A stretch of 64,000 nucleotides of DNA from the NCBI GenBank assembly GCA_012295275.1, contig CM022672.1, positions 15,810,001 to 15,874,000 of the forward strand, written 5' to 3'. Shown here piece by piece: positions 49,001-62,536 of this stretch. Position 1 is the first letter of the stretch; every line of letters starts with the position of its first letter. The position numbers and the translations under genes are program-made. The notes beneath the pieces are model-generated. The model did not search any database, was not told where the DNA came from, and saw only the letters and a program-made list of their open reading frames with translations. The DNA is from Chrysomallon squamiferum (taxonomy: Eukaryota > Animalia > Mollusca).

Positions 49001-51594
49001 TGGAGTAAAAAGTCCTAAAATAGGGTCACTCTACAAACACCTGGCTTGTTTTCGCCAAAATGGCTTCAATGTTATTTTTAGCACAGCTAGGAGGGTCAAA
49101 GTTCAATCTTTCTAACCGTATGCATGTCGCTTATATCAAAAGTTATGTCCAAAATGTACTTTTTCATGCCTTCAAACCAATTTTGAAAAAGACTGGCTGG
49201 TAATAAAACCTGTGTTCACGGGATCAAATGAAAGCTCATTCAATTACCTTTCAAACAATGTGCAACACTATGGTGTGTCTTCTTTGGCGAAAAGAAACTC
49301 TGCGTTTGGACGAGCAAAATCATTAAGTTATGTTTTCTACAGACCGAAATTGTGAGATTTTATGTACAAGTAGAAAGGTGTGGCATTGTTTAAAATGATT
49401 ATATTTATATGTTGTTTATTTTTTTAATAATTTATTGGCTGTATGTGTTTTTCTTCAATGTTCCTACTTTTAGCATAAACATTATAGATGTGCGTAGCAA
49501 AATTGCCGTAAACTGTTTCCTACTTAGCCAAATTGATGTAGTTTTTATGTGCAACTAAAAAGAACTGGCACTATTTGAAATGATTATATTTCTATGTTGA
49601 TTATATTGTTAATAACTTGTAGGATGAATGTTTTATTATATGTAATGACTTTTACCGAATATAATATGAATACGTTCTTAAATAAATGAATTAACATTGT
49701 GTATGCTGATTACTACCTTCCGTTTTATTCAGTCAATTATTTTGCTTTTAAAATTCTTGCGATAAACAGCGAATTAAGAATCGTAAACATAACAAACTAT
49801 ATTCTATAAGAGAACAATGTATTCAGAGGTATTGATGGAATGCTGAATAAAAAACTAATCACTTTTTTTAGAATATAAAATCATAAATTGATCAGTTTTA
49901 AAACATACTATTTTTCCTTGTTGACAAGCTCTATCAGAGAAAATTTCAGCAATTGTCAGATGATACATAACTTTTGTTTGCTGTCAAATCACAGCAAGTA
50001 TAGGGGAAACATTTTTAATTTTATTACAAATGTTTCATTCGAACATCATTTCAAAGATCTTATAAATTGTTTACAACACGTGTTGAATTTTTCAAATAAG
50101 ACCAAAACTGAAACTACTGTGTCTGTTTGAACTTTTAGTCATTCTGCCATGTGTCATTTTGAAGATTTTGGAACGTTTACCACGATATTGTGAACACACA
50201 TACAAACATACAGTCTGAAAACAATTGAGCTCATTTAGCAAGTTGGTCCCATCACGCTTGTTGATTTTGTGTCAATTACATTTCAAACTACAGTTGGCCA
50301 AAGTAGCCCTTTCAGATAATTAGCCAAAATAGAACTACTGGAGACAGTCATATTTTTTTGTGTGTATTTGTTACTTTTTGTTACAGCTTTCATTATGTGC
50401 TAATTCTTAAACATATTATGTGAAATTGAAGTCAGAAAAAATTTGCCTGCCAGTACCTACAGATATAACTAATCCAAATAAAATAGTTTTAATATGACTA
50501 ATCCTATAATGTGATATGTTATGAATATGCTGCCTCAGAGTATTGAATGTTCTGTTAAAACAGATAAAAACAAATTTTAATATTTGAATTAACTGAAATT
50601 TTTCTATTTTGTTTTTCAGTAATTCTCCAATTCCAAACAGACACAGAGCAAGAAGTTTGGGGATTGATGATTCTATTGCCTTGAAAACTAAAAAAATGAG
50701 ATTTCTGTTTGAAGCCACTGGAATAAAAGAAATGGTATATAAGTTTAAACAGATTAATATATTATATGCACTGGTATTTCTCTAATCATTTTTTTGTTGT
50801 TTTTAGATGAAACTGAGTTATTGACCATTAACACTAATGTTGTTTCTCAGTGTTTTAATCTACAGTATAGAAATAAAATTAGTTGATGTTTATTTATCAT
50901 ATCATATATATTTTTTACATTTCAGAATGGACATAACAGTCTAGTTAGTTTAAATAGCGATTTTATTATCGATACAGAAAAATCTGACAAGTTCCTGCAG
51001 GAATACAGAAAGAGAAAATCCAGAAAGCACTTTTCACTGAATAAAATCATACCAGCTCCGAACGATTTCACTGGTTACAACCACCCTTTTAAAACAGAAC
51101 TGGAGCGAAGAGAAGAAGTTGAGAGACATAATCGACTACAGCAGAGACTTCTAGACATGTATCAGAGTGTGTCAGAAACGTCATCCCAGTGTTCGACATG
51201 CAATTCTGAAAACGGAGAAACAGCAAGTGTTGACTTGATCGACATTGTCAGTGAGGAGTCAGATGAATCAGAACTGAACTACAGGTTACGCAGCAGAGAA
51301 AGACTGAGAAAACATCAGAGTTCTCCACCCCCGCTGATTTTACCTACACGGGAAAAGAGAAAACAATCCCCAATCCCAGAAAGTCCACCTTTGTTAAATG
51401 TTGTTAATCCCATAGCAATACAAGCCATAGCACATCAGAAGGTGGATGTGCAACATTTAAAATCAAGTGTTAAGAACTATTTTGGTGCTGCCAGTCGACT
51501 TTCTGAAGGTGAAAATGTCAAGATTGTTGCAAGACGGACATTAACTGATGGGACTATATCACATTTAGTGGAATGGGAAGGATTTGTTGTTTAA
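43001..51594 (+). CDS. MTF2: Polycomb-like protein (Pcl; MTF2/PHF1/PHF19 family): Tudor-PHD-PHD-winged helix-chromo-like. Exons 43001-43129, 43696-43771, 44214-44306, 44662-44762, 45162-45192, 45541-45581, 45955-46031, 46536-46588, 47110-47221, 47594-47717, 48235-48302, 48535-48708, 50620-50733, 50926-51594
   Basis: Tudor [13 protein letters not shown]...KFEDNSEFW; PHD1 [30 protein letters not shown]; linker KGGALKKGP; PHD2 [29 protein letters not shown]; [13 protein letters not shown]; C-terminal [19 protein letters not shown]...ARR...LVEWEG. Junctions are GT-AG and phase-consistent. Confidence 0.96.
48756..50459. mobile_element. Non-autonomous DNA transposon (imperfect 15-bp TIRs, 7-bp TSD CAGATAT) in a Pcl intron
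   Basis: Left end TAGGTACCAGCAGCC; right end reverse complement TAGGTACTGGCAGGC (12/15). Exact CAGATAT flanks at 48749-48755 and 50460-50466. The interior is more CpG-rich than neighbouring introns and has no transposase ORF. Confidence 0.65.
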
Positions 51595-54500
51595 TTAAAT
51601 AGAAAAGTACCGTATATTTTTTAACTTTGTTGTTTAATCATATTGTGTTGTGTATATCTAACAGAAAAATACGAAAAGATTTATTTTAAGGTGACCAAAT
51701 ATGTCTGTATTCTGCATTAACTCTATTTAGCAGCAAGATATGATAACTTTCTTTCTTTCCAAGCACTGACCAAAAATATTTGGGACAGAATTGTATTTAA
51801 ATTGCAAAATTACTTATTATCTAAATAAATAAATACATATATATATATATTGTGCATAGTTAAATGCATTTTGAAAACAGATTCCATTTAAAAAGTAGCA
51901 AATGAATTGTAGTTATTTAAGAACTCTTTTTGTTTTCATGTATGGTCTTTGTAGATGTCAGTGAAATAAATTTGCAGGAATCTACTACAGTCAAGAACTG
52001 AGTTCAGAAATAAAAAAGTCAATTTCTTTTAATAATTGTATTATTTAGGATTGCAGGATAAAAGAAGTAACTTGTTAACATCTTAAGATAACAGCTTTAT
52101 CCTGTTCAAGCTGAATGGCAGTTGCAGCTTGCAGATCTTTGCAGCAAATTGGCAACCTCAGTTAAAAACAGTAACAAATTATTTCCTATATATACATATA
52201 GTTTTTTTAAATCTGGTGGTATAGGAATGATCTGTAAGCATGGATGGAGAAATATTTAGTTTTGACTGGAAAAGTTATCAATATATTTTATTACTAAATG
52301 ATAAAATTAAAAAAAATACATATGTGTGTGAAATAAATTTTTATTACTGGATAGAAAAAATATGCACCTTTCATACAGTCTAAATGTACTATGTATTGGT
52401 CATAATATGAATTTAAACATTTAAGCTTTTATTTTTTTATGAATTAGTTTAATTTCTAAATAGTATTTATAATGATTGGTAATGATGTTAATTAAAAGTG
52501 TTTAATAATTCCAGCTACATTTTCTTGTAAAGTTGCAGTATGGTTAATAATGTATCTAACATTTTTATGTGCTTTCTTTTTATACTGTGATTTCCGTCCA
52601 AACATCTACCTCACATCAGACCAGTAGAATGCACCGCAATCAAATAGTGCAGTATTTGGATAAACTATAGTGTAAAAAGTTTTAGTCAAGCCACAAAATA
52701 ACCTCTTTAGAACATTTCACAACCACTTTAATCTACACAAATTTTATTTTCCAAGTTTGTTTGAAATTTATTTAAACACTGAATTAAAACAGGTTGTCTG
52801 GTATATTATACCATATTTTCATCACTCCAGTATAGTGCCTTGGTATCATGTACTTCTATCATAGTTCAAATTTTTACCATTAGAATGATCTGTCTTGGCA
52901 CAGAAAAGATTAACTTTATTTGGAATAAACAGCAATGTATAAACCTCTAAATAGAAAGTTGCATTTGTAAAATGTTGCAGCCATGTTTTGGGTTGTTATT
53001 GACAGTTTATGGTTAGCAGTTGCACATCAGGAACCGTAGAAAAAAGATTTAAGAAGAAACAAAAATGCTATGAGTAACAGACTATTTTCCTAAAAACTGT
53101 CTTGCAGAAGTAACAATGACATTTTTTTCAAATAAGTATGTATGGAAATCTGATTGTTTTCCTATACATGTAACATTTTTTGTTTTTGTAGTTACTTGCA
53201 TTGCTCTCTGTGTTTATGGATTGTATATAGTTTTCTGTGTATTTGTGTGTGAGGTGAATGCTTCAAGTAATATACTGAGGTTGTTCTGGTGCATTAACTA
53301 TAATCAGTTTTTATTCTCTTTTCCTAAAATGCTGTATGTATCAATGCTTTTGCTTAACTAAATTAAACAAGTGCTTTAAATTTCTATCTAACAATCTTAA
53401 TATAATTTTTGGTTTTCAGTGGTTTAAACAGTTTAATAATTGTCTAAAAGGGAGCTTTCATTTTTGAATATAAACATTTCTTTTCCATGGTTTGAACATG
53501 TGTACATTTCTTCCATCATTTATAAACATTTCTTCATGTAGATTTATTCTAAATTCAGTATGACAAATAATATCTACTATTGTTTTTCAGTTCTATTTTC
53601 ATAACTTACCTGTATAAAGGTATTGTTTTCAAAATAGATTTTATTGATTGTTATTTCATGTGTTTAAATCTGAAAAAATTAATAATTAGCAACTAATTTT
53701 TGGAGCACATTAGTTTTACTAATAATTCAGATTTTTTATTTTGTTTAACTGAGACATACCTAATCATTTTTAAATTTATTTAATTAGTACAAAATTAATA
53801 TATTTTGCATCAATTAGATTTTTAATTTTTGTTTTTACTATTTTTGAAGTAATTTATAATTTTACTTTAGATGAAAAGCACAATCTACTTAAGTTTCTTA
53901 CATTTATTCTCATTGTTTTTATAGAAATGTATTTATGATAGCAAATTATTTGTTTTATTCATATAGTCAAAAATATATTGTAATGAAAATATCTATGCAA
54001 AATATCAATTAACAGCCAACGGATTGCTCATATTTATAGGCAGCTGATGGTAATGTAAAAACATATTTAATAAAATATATATGTATATCTATTTCACTGT
54101 GCCAATTTGTTTTTGAAATAATGATGCATGTTCATATTTTTATACTGTAAATATTTTGAAAATGTCTTGTTTCATGTAAGCTTGTTATTAATTTTAATTA
54201 AATCTAAAATTAAAATACTTTATTATTTTGAAACATTATTAAAAAGATCCTGCTTGCAATATATATGTTGATATAATTATGTAAATTGTTTCATTTTTTA
54301 ATAACTGCATAGTTTCACCACTAAATTGAACAGAAAATCACTATACATGTTTTCAGTCTAGAAATGATAAACGCTTTTTAATGTACATATAATTTGCATA
54401 TATTCTATCAAAATATTTTGTATATAACATTATTTAATAATACTTATATAAATATAATAATATTTTTGATTGGAAAATGTTGAACATGAAGCCACATGCT

Positions 54501-56029
54501 TGCTTAAATATTGATTATTGCTCACTTGTCTACCAGAAAAATGTTCATTATAGTTCAGAAAAATAAAATATTAAAGAGTCAAGGTTTTTTCCTAATTATT
54601 TTGGTACATAATTTTATACTATTTTTCTGTTATCTGATAAATCTTTTGTTAAAAAAAAAAAACATAAAAATTCAGATAGGTTTATTGTACAAACTGCCTT
54701 TTTTTTTTTCTAGTTTCTTTTTTTTTTTTTTTTTTTTTTCAGTTTTTACATTTAGTTGAAAATGTTTTTTTCATATACATAATGCATGTGTAGACAGATT
54801 ACAAAATTTCTTGTTTGTTCATTTCAATTTTAAAACTATCTTGAGAAAAAACATTCAATATAAAAAAATATGAGAAAGAAATCTCTTCAGCTTTCAGAAA
54901 TTTACAATTCTGAGATTATTGAATCATTGTATTGTTTGCAGTATAATAACCACAATTTTATTGATTGTTTGAAAAATTTGCTATGATTTTGTGTTTAAAA
55001 ATGATTTGTAACATTATGAGAATTCTTTTGCATGTAATTTGCTATCCATATTTTTGACAGTTGATAACCATTTGAAAAAAAAAAGGTTTCCAGACTTTAT
55101 TATAACTGGTCTATATAGATTTCTAACAACATATTGTCAAACCTGCATTCAGTAAATGTGTAAATTGTTTAATACTTTTATAAAAATAAAAATAGAAAGA
55201 TGAAGGAATACTGCATTCCATTTTCTTGGAAAACTTGCATTTATATATTTTATTAACTGTTAAGGACCAAACCGATCAGAACATATCAGAATTTACCATC
55301 CAATTTATTTGACATTTTGTCATATTGTATATAAAATACTTTCATATGGTGAGATCTTTGTCAGATTATTTTTATTTTGTTTATATGCAAGCTTTATATT
55401 GTGTAAAAACTGAAAGAAATAAAACAAATTTTAAAAATAATAATTCATATTTATATTTATATATTCTCTTCTCTGAATTAATTTTGCTGTATAGTTTCAA
55501 CTTGAATTTTAGCCATAATTATTTTTGTGGAGTCAGTACATTTGTTAACTAACTTAACTCCATTCATATAAAATCAGTTATGGTGCAGTTTTTAGACTTT
55601 TACTCATTACAACCACTCTCCCATGGCTAGACTATCAGTGGGCAAATGTTTTATATAGAAAGGATCCAGTATGATACAAGGCAGTAGTTCTACTTCTTAG
55701 ACAAGTTAGTTGTCTCAGGTTCTTGTATTGTGTAACATAAACCCAATGAAATTTCTGATGATATAGCAATTCATATATTTATTTTGTATGGGTGGGAATC
55801 AAATCCAAATGCTTTTAATTGTATTGTATTCACTTTCATAAGAAATTTCGAGAATGTAAAGTTATTACAATTATACAGCTATGTTAAGTGAAGACAGTTT
55901 CTTCAGTACTGTTACAAGATCATTTATTTTTGGCACAGGGAGGAGGGCCATTATGTGAATAGGGTATGAGTTTAGTTTTAACTTGACCAAAAAACAAAAC
56001 AAAAAAACCCAGGAAATAATAGAAATATA

Positions 56030-56035
56030 TTTATT
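56030..56035 (-). promoter_or_regulatory. Probable CCDC18 polyadenylation signal
   Basis: Minus-strand AATAAA about 1.1 kb after the stop, followed by a U/GU-rich tract. Confidence 0.5.
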
Positions 56036-57119
56036 AATTACACATTTTCTTCACATACCAATCTGTATCATTTTGTTTTACATACAAATAAAATCAAACT
56101 GTTAAAATACTATTCTTAAATTAATAATACTGGTAACTTTGACACAACCTGTTTTAATGCAGTATGGTTAATTCCTTGTAAAAGAAAACCATCAACATTA
56201 TTACATTTAACCAGCCAATGTTAAATATTATTTTATCTTGGACAAAACTGAAGAGATTACAGGCCTTGACTACTACATGCTCACCTGACAGATGTTGTGG
56301 TTCCCACACAAAACTTCAATATACTGTTATCAACTTTTTAAGGATGAAATCCATATGAGCTTAATGGACCTCAAAAGCAATGATTGATATGATGTATATG
56401 GACTGATATGATGTATATAATGTTTGGTGTGAATGAGAGTGATCATCTCTAAGGTCTTCCTATTTGTATAAAAAATACTGTTTATCATGAAATACAATGA
56501 GATGAAAATGAAACACAGAACTTTGGTATATATGTATATATGTATTTTATTTTTTATTTTATGAATTTTACTTTTGATCTTATTTCTAAAATTTGATATC
56601 TGAAATTTGATGGTTTTAAAATATTGGGGTTTCAAGAACATGAGGGGGTCTATGTTGAACTAAAGTATACATACAAGGATGAAAACTGTTCTGTTTTGGC
56701 AGAAATAGCAGGCAAAAATTCTACAATTACAGGCACACACTATCAGTTTATGATTGATCCTACATAAGCAGTCTTTTCAATATGCTAATACGTTTTGTTT
56801 TAATATTATTAATGAAAAAACAAAAGTTATGATGTCAGTTGTCTAATGATTTTACTGGCAAGTTCACAAATTTTTTGCTGGATATTTCATAAAATCATGA
56901 TTTGTTAGTATTTTAAATACATCTTGTGAAAAATATCACAGGCATTGCTATGTACTGTATAGTAGTTAGTTAATAAGAATGTGTCTGTGTATATGTATAA
57001 GTAAGTATATATATTCCTGTTGTTCATAAACAACAAAAAAACAAACATTCAGTCATGTGTCTGTGTATGTATATGTATATTTAGTTGCCAATGTAAAAAG
57101 AAAAGAATCAAGCATGAAA

Positions 57120-60100
57120 TCAAGTCAAAGCTGCTACTTCAGCATCAGTGCTGTCATCAACATTGAGACACTGCAGTTGTCGTTCTATTTCCTGCTGCTG
57201 TAACTGATTTGATCGAAGACGTTCATGTAATTCCAACAAACTGAAACAAAAAATTAAACACCATTAATATAATGGGATGATTTATTTCAGGACTTATGTG
57301 AGGGGCTTATTGCCAATTTGACTTGTTACAAGATCATGTCCATACTAGTTCTATATCTTTATATCTACCTACAACTAATGCTCCATAAAAGGTTTGGTTT
57401 AAGGTCCTGCTGTTTTCTGTATGAAAATTCCAGTAAATGTATATGATTGATATATCATCTGATGGCATTACATACATTTAAATATAATGAGTATAATGTT
57501 CTGTAACAGAATATATCACAAAGAATGACAAGTTGGAAACTGTTGGTCATCAGATAAAAAGAGCTCTTCATAAGGTCTTCAATGCTGATCTCTGACAAGC
57601 ACAACCAGAATCTCACCATTATGGTCTGAGACATGAAAATAGCTTTTGTTAAAATATTTATGATAAATCATAAATTATGTCAAATTTGTTTTACCTATTT
57701 TCTGACTGAAAAGATTTATCACAGGAATCCACACTCAAACGATTTTTGTAAATTGAAACTGCTGTATAGGGATCTATAAAAAATAAATAAATACAAATAT
57801 TACATTACAAAACCAGCAGGAGATGGAACGAAGAATGGGCAGGTTGAGAGAAAGAGTGTGTGAAGACAGACAAGACAAGATAAATGTGGCAGGAACACAA
57901 TTACATTCCCACTCACCCTGAAAAATGGAAAGTGTCTAGTTATTTTACACAAATAATTTTAATTCATTTTAATTCCAAAATAAGAAAACCATAATACGAT
58001 CACATACCATCATGCAATACAGGGAAATCGCCCTGTCTCTTTTGCTGTTTTTGTGATTTAACAGGGACAGATTCAGCATCCTGCAGTACAAACCCTTGCA
58101 TTTCATTACTAACACAATCACCCTGACTGGAAACTACATCTGCAATGACTTGACCGTTGTCATCAGCTAGCAGGCCAGAACCACTTTCCGAAACACAGTC
58201 TGCCTCACACTGAACCTTAACAAATTCCTGAGAATTCAACTGTATTAAATCTGGTTCAGCTTTCATTGATGCTTCTAATAAAAGTTCCTGAAAAACATGT
58301 TCACTGCCAGTCTCAAAAATTTGATCTGGAAAAACCTTTTGACCAGCAGAACAGTTCTGAACATGACCAATTTCGGCATCTCTGGTTACTAATGCATACT
58401 GGTGGCTTTGGCAGTTGGATGAATTTTGTTGAGAAATTGTTTGGAAGAGAACAGATGGGGTGATAACATGAGCATCTCCTTGTCCTAATAATGCTGCTTT
58501 GTTTGTGGAGCAAAGATGTGCCAAGGCTGCCCGTTCATGTCCTGATAACCTGGCCTGGAGTCGGGCCACTTCAGATTCCTGAAAGATATTAAATAATATA
58601 ATCTTTATTTTTTTTTTTTTTTATAAATTTGATAACAATTTATAATTCAAGAAAAATTTCATATATATATATATTTATATTTTTCAACCTATTAACAATT
58701 AACATAAAAGTACATATTAAAATACATATATATATATATTTTGTTTAATTCTTTAATTCCCTGATGATAGCCAAATTCATGGGTTTATTAATTCTGTAAC
58801 AACATTTTTTTTATCCCTTAATTCCTTCTCAGTTTTAACAATATATATTCACATATTGATTTATTCATCAAATTGCTGCCATGACTTTAAACTTCATTCA
58901 CATATTTTTTATTAAATCCTTTTCTGACAACATTCACTTAAAAATTTATTAATTTCTTTCATGCCTACAAGAACAGCAGCAGCATACACACCTTTATTAC
59001 AATGGCTTCATTAGCAGCATCAACAGCTTCCTTCTGGGACATGAGTTCATTGCGCAGAACATCCACATCCTCCCTGGCCTTCTCCAGCTGTTGTTTGTAC
59101 TGTGACTCTTTGTCCTCTATCTCCTTTACCTTGTCTGCCAGCTGTCTCATCAAGTCTTCATTTGTGTTCTGTACCTCAGTTAGAGATTCCTTCAGCTGTT
59201 TGGTCTGAATGGAGAAACAGATTATTTGATAATAACAATAAAAATAAAATAATGACGAAGAACAATGTAAATTATAATAGTAGTAATAACGACAAGAAAC
59301 AATAACATAAATACAATAATCATAAATATAATAATAACAATGATAATCAGGATGATGATGACAACAAAAAATAGTATTTAATAATAAAATTATAATAATG
59401 ATAATGAACATGTAATGGAGTCAGATAATTACTGACAGGAATTGTTACACTCTCTGATGTTACTTGTGTTTTCATGAACACTTACCTTATTCTTATGTTT
59501 ATCTTTCAGTTCCTCCATTTCCTTCTTCAACAACTTCAGCTCTCCTTTAAGTCTTGCCTCAGCCTCAGCCTCCCTTGCCTGAGAAGCTCCTAGCTCCTCA
59601 GTAAGTCTAGCAGTGTCTGTCTCCTTACTCTGACGATTACAAAACATACAAACAAATTGATAATGACAATACCTCCCAATCAGAAGAGGTTTTTTAAAAT
59701 TTACTTATTTATCTATTTTTGTATAACTGTTTTAGAAATTAGTGTTATTATTTATCAAGTTTAAAAGTGGAAACAGAATATGTTTCTGCCTTGTATTCCA
59801 TGTGCGTAAAATAATACTTATCTATCAACAGTATTAAAAAAAGGGGGAAAAAAAGCACACTTTGTTTGACAGATTAACAAAGGCATTTCAATGTCTAGAT
59901 ATTAATTAAATGTAATAATCTTATTTACTTTTTTGATATATTTATAAGAAAAAAGATACTGACAGAAACAAATAAAAATTAATAACAAATAATTATCAAT
60001 TTTAACAGTAAATGTTAATTTGTTTTTTTTAAATAATTTATTTCTGATTCTGTTTATAACAAATAAAAAAAAAAAAAAAAAAACAATAACCATATCGTCG

Positions 60101-61631
60101 TATTCAACAGTAAGAGCAGTAATAATAACAGCACTGATCGTCACCTGTGTAAAAGCGACTGTTTCTTCCAGTTCTCTAGCCAGTCTGTCTTGCTCTCTGT
60201 GAGCCTGCGCCAGCTCACGTCGTGTTGCCATGAACTCACCATGCAGCTGCTGCAGCTGTTCCCTCGTCAATCTCAGCTCCTGAGTTATTTCAACGTTTTC
60301 TTCTCTTTGTTCATCAACCTTCTGCCTCAGTCTGTCACTCAACTAAAACAAATAAAAACTATTTCTGCAAAGATAATTAACTTAAAAGGGAATGCAAATT
60401 TCCAAAGCAATTTCTGTTAATAAATAAATAAAATAGAAAGTCTGATCAAATGTAAGTGTAAAACTGTTCACAAGGGAAATTAAATGTACTTTTAATTTTA
60501 TGTATGTAAGAATAATTATAAAATTATAAATTCTCAACACACATCAATGTATCAACAACCAATATATAATTTCATAATAATGATAACCAATATATAATTT
60601 CATAATAATGATAACCAATATATAATTTCATAATAATGATAACCAATATATAATTTCATAATAATGATAACCAATATATAATTTCATATTAATGATAAAA
60701 GAAGAAACCTGCTTTTGTCCCCAGATGTGCTACTCTTGTCAAGTGGTAGCAAGAAATCTTTTATATATAAATTAGCATATAAATATATCTATTTCAGAAT
60801 TAATCCTGAAAAATAATAAATCAAATCCTGTAGAGATTCGTTAATAATAGCCCAGTATTATAGCTGCAGGTAAAATGTAACATACAACATGGGTTATCTG
60901 TGGTATAAAATGAATACAGAGACAATGTTTACTTTCTCTAACTCGTCTAACTTGGCTGTTTTAGCCTGAAGCTCAAGTTGCTGTCTCTGAGCAAGCTGTT
61001 CAGTTTGCTGAAGTTGTAACATTTTCTCTCGTAACTGACTCTGAGTCTGTTGTAAACTGTCATCGAGATTTGCAATCTGAAAGAAACAGTAGCTATGAAA
61101 GTGAAAGTGAAAGTGAAAATAAAAGTGAAAGTGAAAGTAAAATGTGGAAGCTTATAATAAATAAAAATACACAAAGAAAAAGAAAGTAAAATTATAGAAA
61201 AGTGAAAGCTAAAGTAAAATGAAAGAGACTCGAAAAGTAAATTATTGAAAAATAAAAACAAAGTATGGTGAAATCAAATAATATAAAATAAAATTGAAGC
61301 TAAGGAAAGGAAATTAAGAATAATAGTAGAAATCAAATTAAATCAAATTAAAAATATGTAACATAGCAAATGGAAAGTCAGTAGGTATGTAAAAAGTGGA
61401 AAAAGAATAAATATGTAATGTGAAATTTTTTACTAAAACATCACTAAATGTATAACAAATGGAAAGTACAAATGTTAAATAACCTGTTTAGTTCGTTCAA
61501 TGATATCAGTCTCGTACTTCTCCAGCTGTGAATCTAGTTTGTGCATTCTCTGTTCCACATCCGAATGAGTCTCTTTGATTGTCTGATCAAGCTGAGCAAC
61601 CTGGCAAGATAAAAAAAAATAATAAAAAAAA

Positions 61632-61664
<33 letters not shown>

Positions 61665-62492
61665 ATTAGTACCATCAGTTTATGCACTAAAATGTGTTTG
61701 TGGTGTTTGGAAAAAAAGATGCTAATTACACAATATTACTTCCATTTATTTATTTTAAAAGTGTAAGTGTTATGCAGCTAAATAATCTTAACAAATAATG
61801 TATGTGTCTAGTTTTATTCTGTGACATCATGGATAAAAGGATTGATTAAGTTTGGTCTTTTTACCTGTGCCATTCTCTCTTGCAGTTCTCTCTGTCTGTC
61901 ATCCAAAGCTCTCTGCATTTCATACAGTTCATCACATTTAGAATCTAATTCTTCCTGAGTTTTCCTGGAAATACACTTTATATTATATTCTACATTACAG
62001 TACTGGCATTGCAAATTCAAAATGATAAAACTGGGCTCTCTGTTTCAGTTAGAAAAATAATATCTCTTTTCTGTGTATATGAAGACTAAACCTCCTACAG
62101 TTAAAAAAAAACCACCAAAATATTAAATTACAATGAGAAAATTAAATACATCAAGTAAATAAATAAATAAATAAATAAATAATTAAATAAAATGCACTCT
62201 TCCGATAGTAAATGTTGTTAATTGTTATGTGGTTCTTTAATACTGATGTTACAAGAAAACCTGATGTCATAATTTTACTGGCTGCAAGGAATCTTGTTAC
62301 AATGTCTTTTTCCATTGTAAGGAAAACAAATCCTATGATTGGCTTTGATAAACCAGTTGAAGTCTATTGAGAATAGTATAATGATTGCACTGTAGAGGAA
62401 AGATATGAATGCACAGATGCACGCACATATACAGAAAATTACGATGGACATAAAAAAAAAATTAACCAACATTAAAATACAGGGTAACTTTT

Positions 62493-62536
<44 letters not shown>

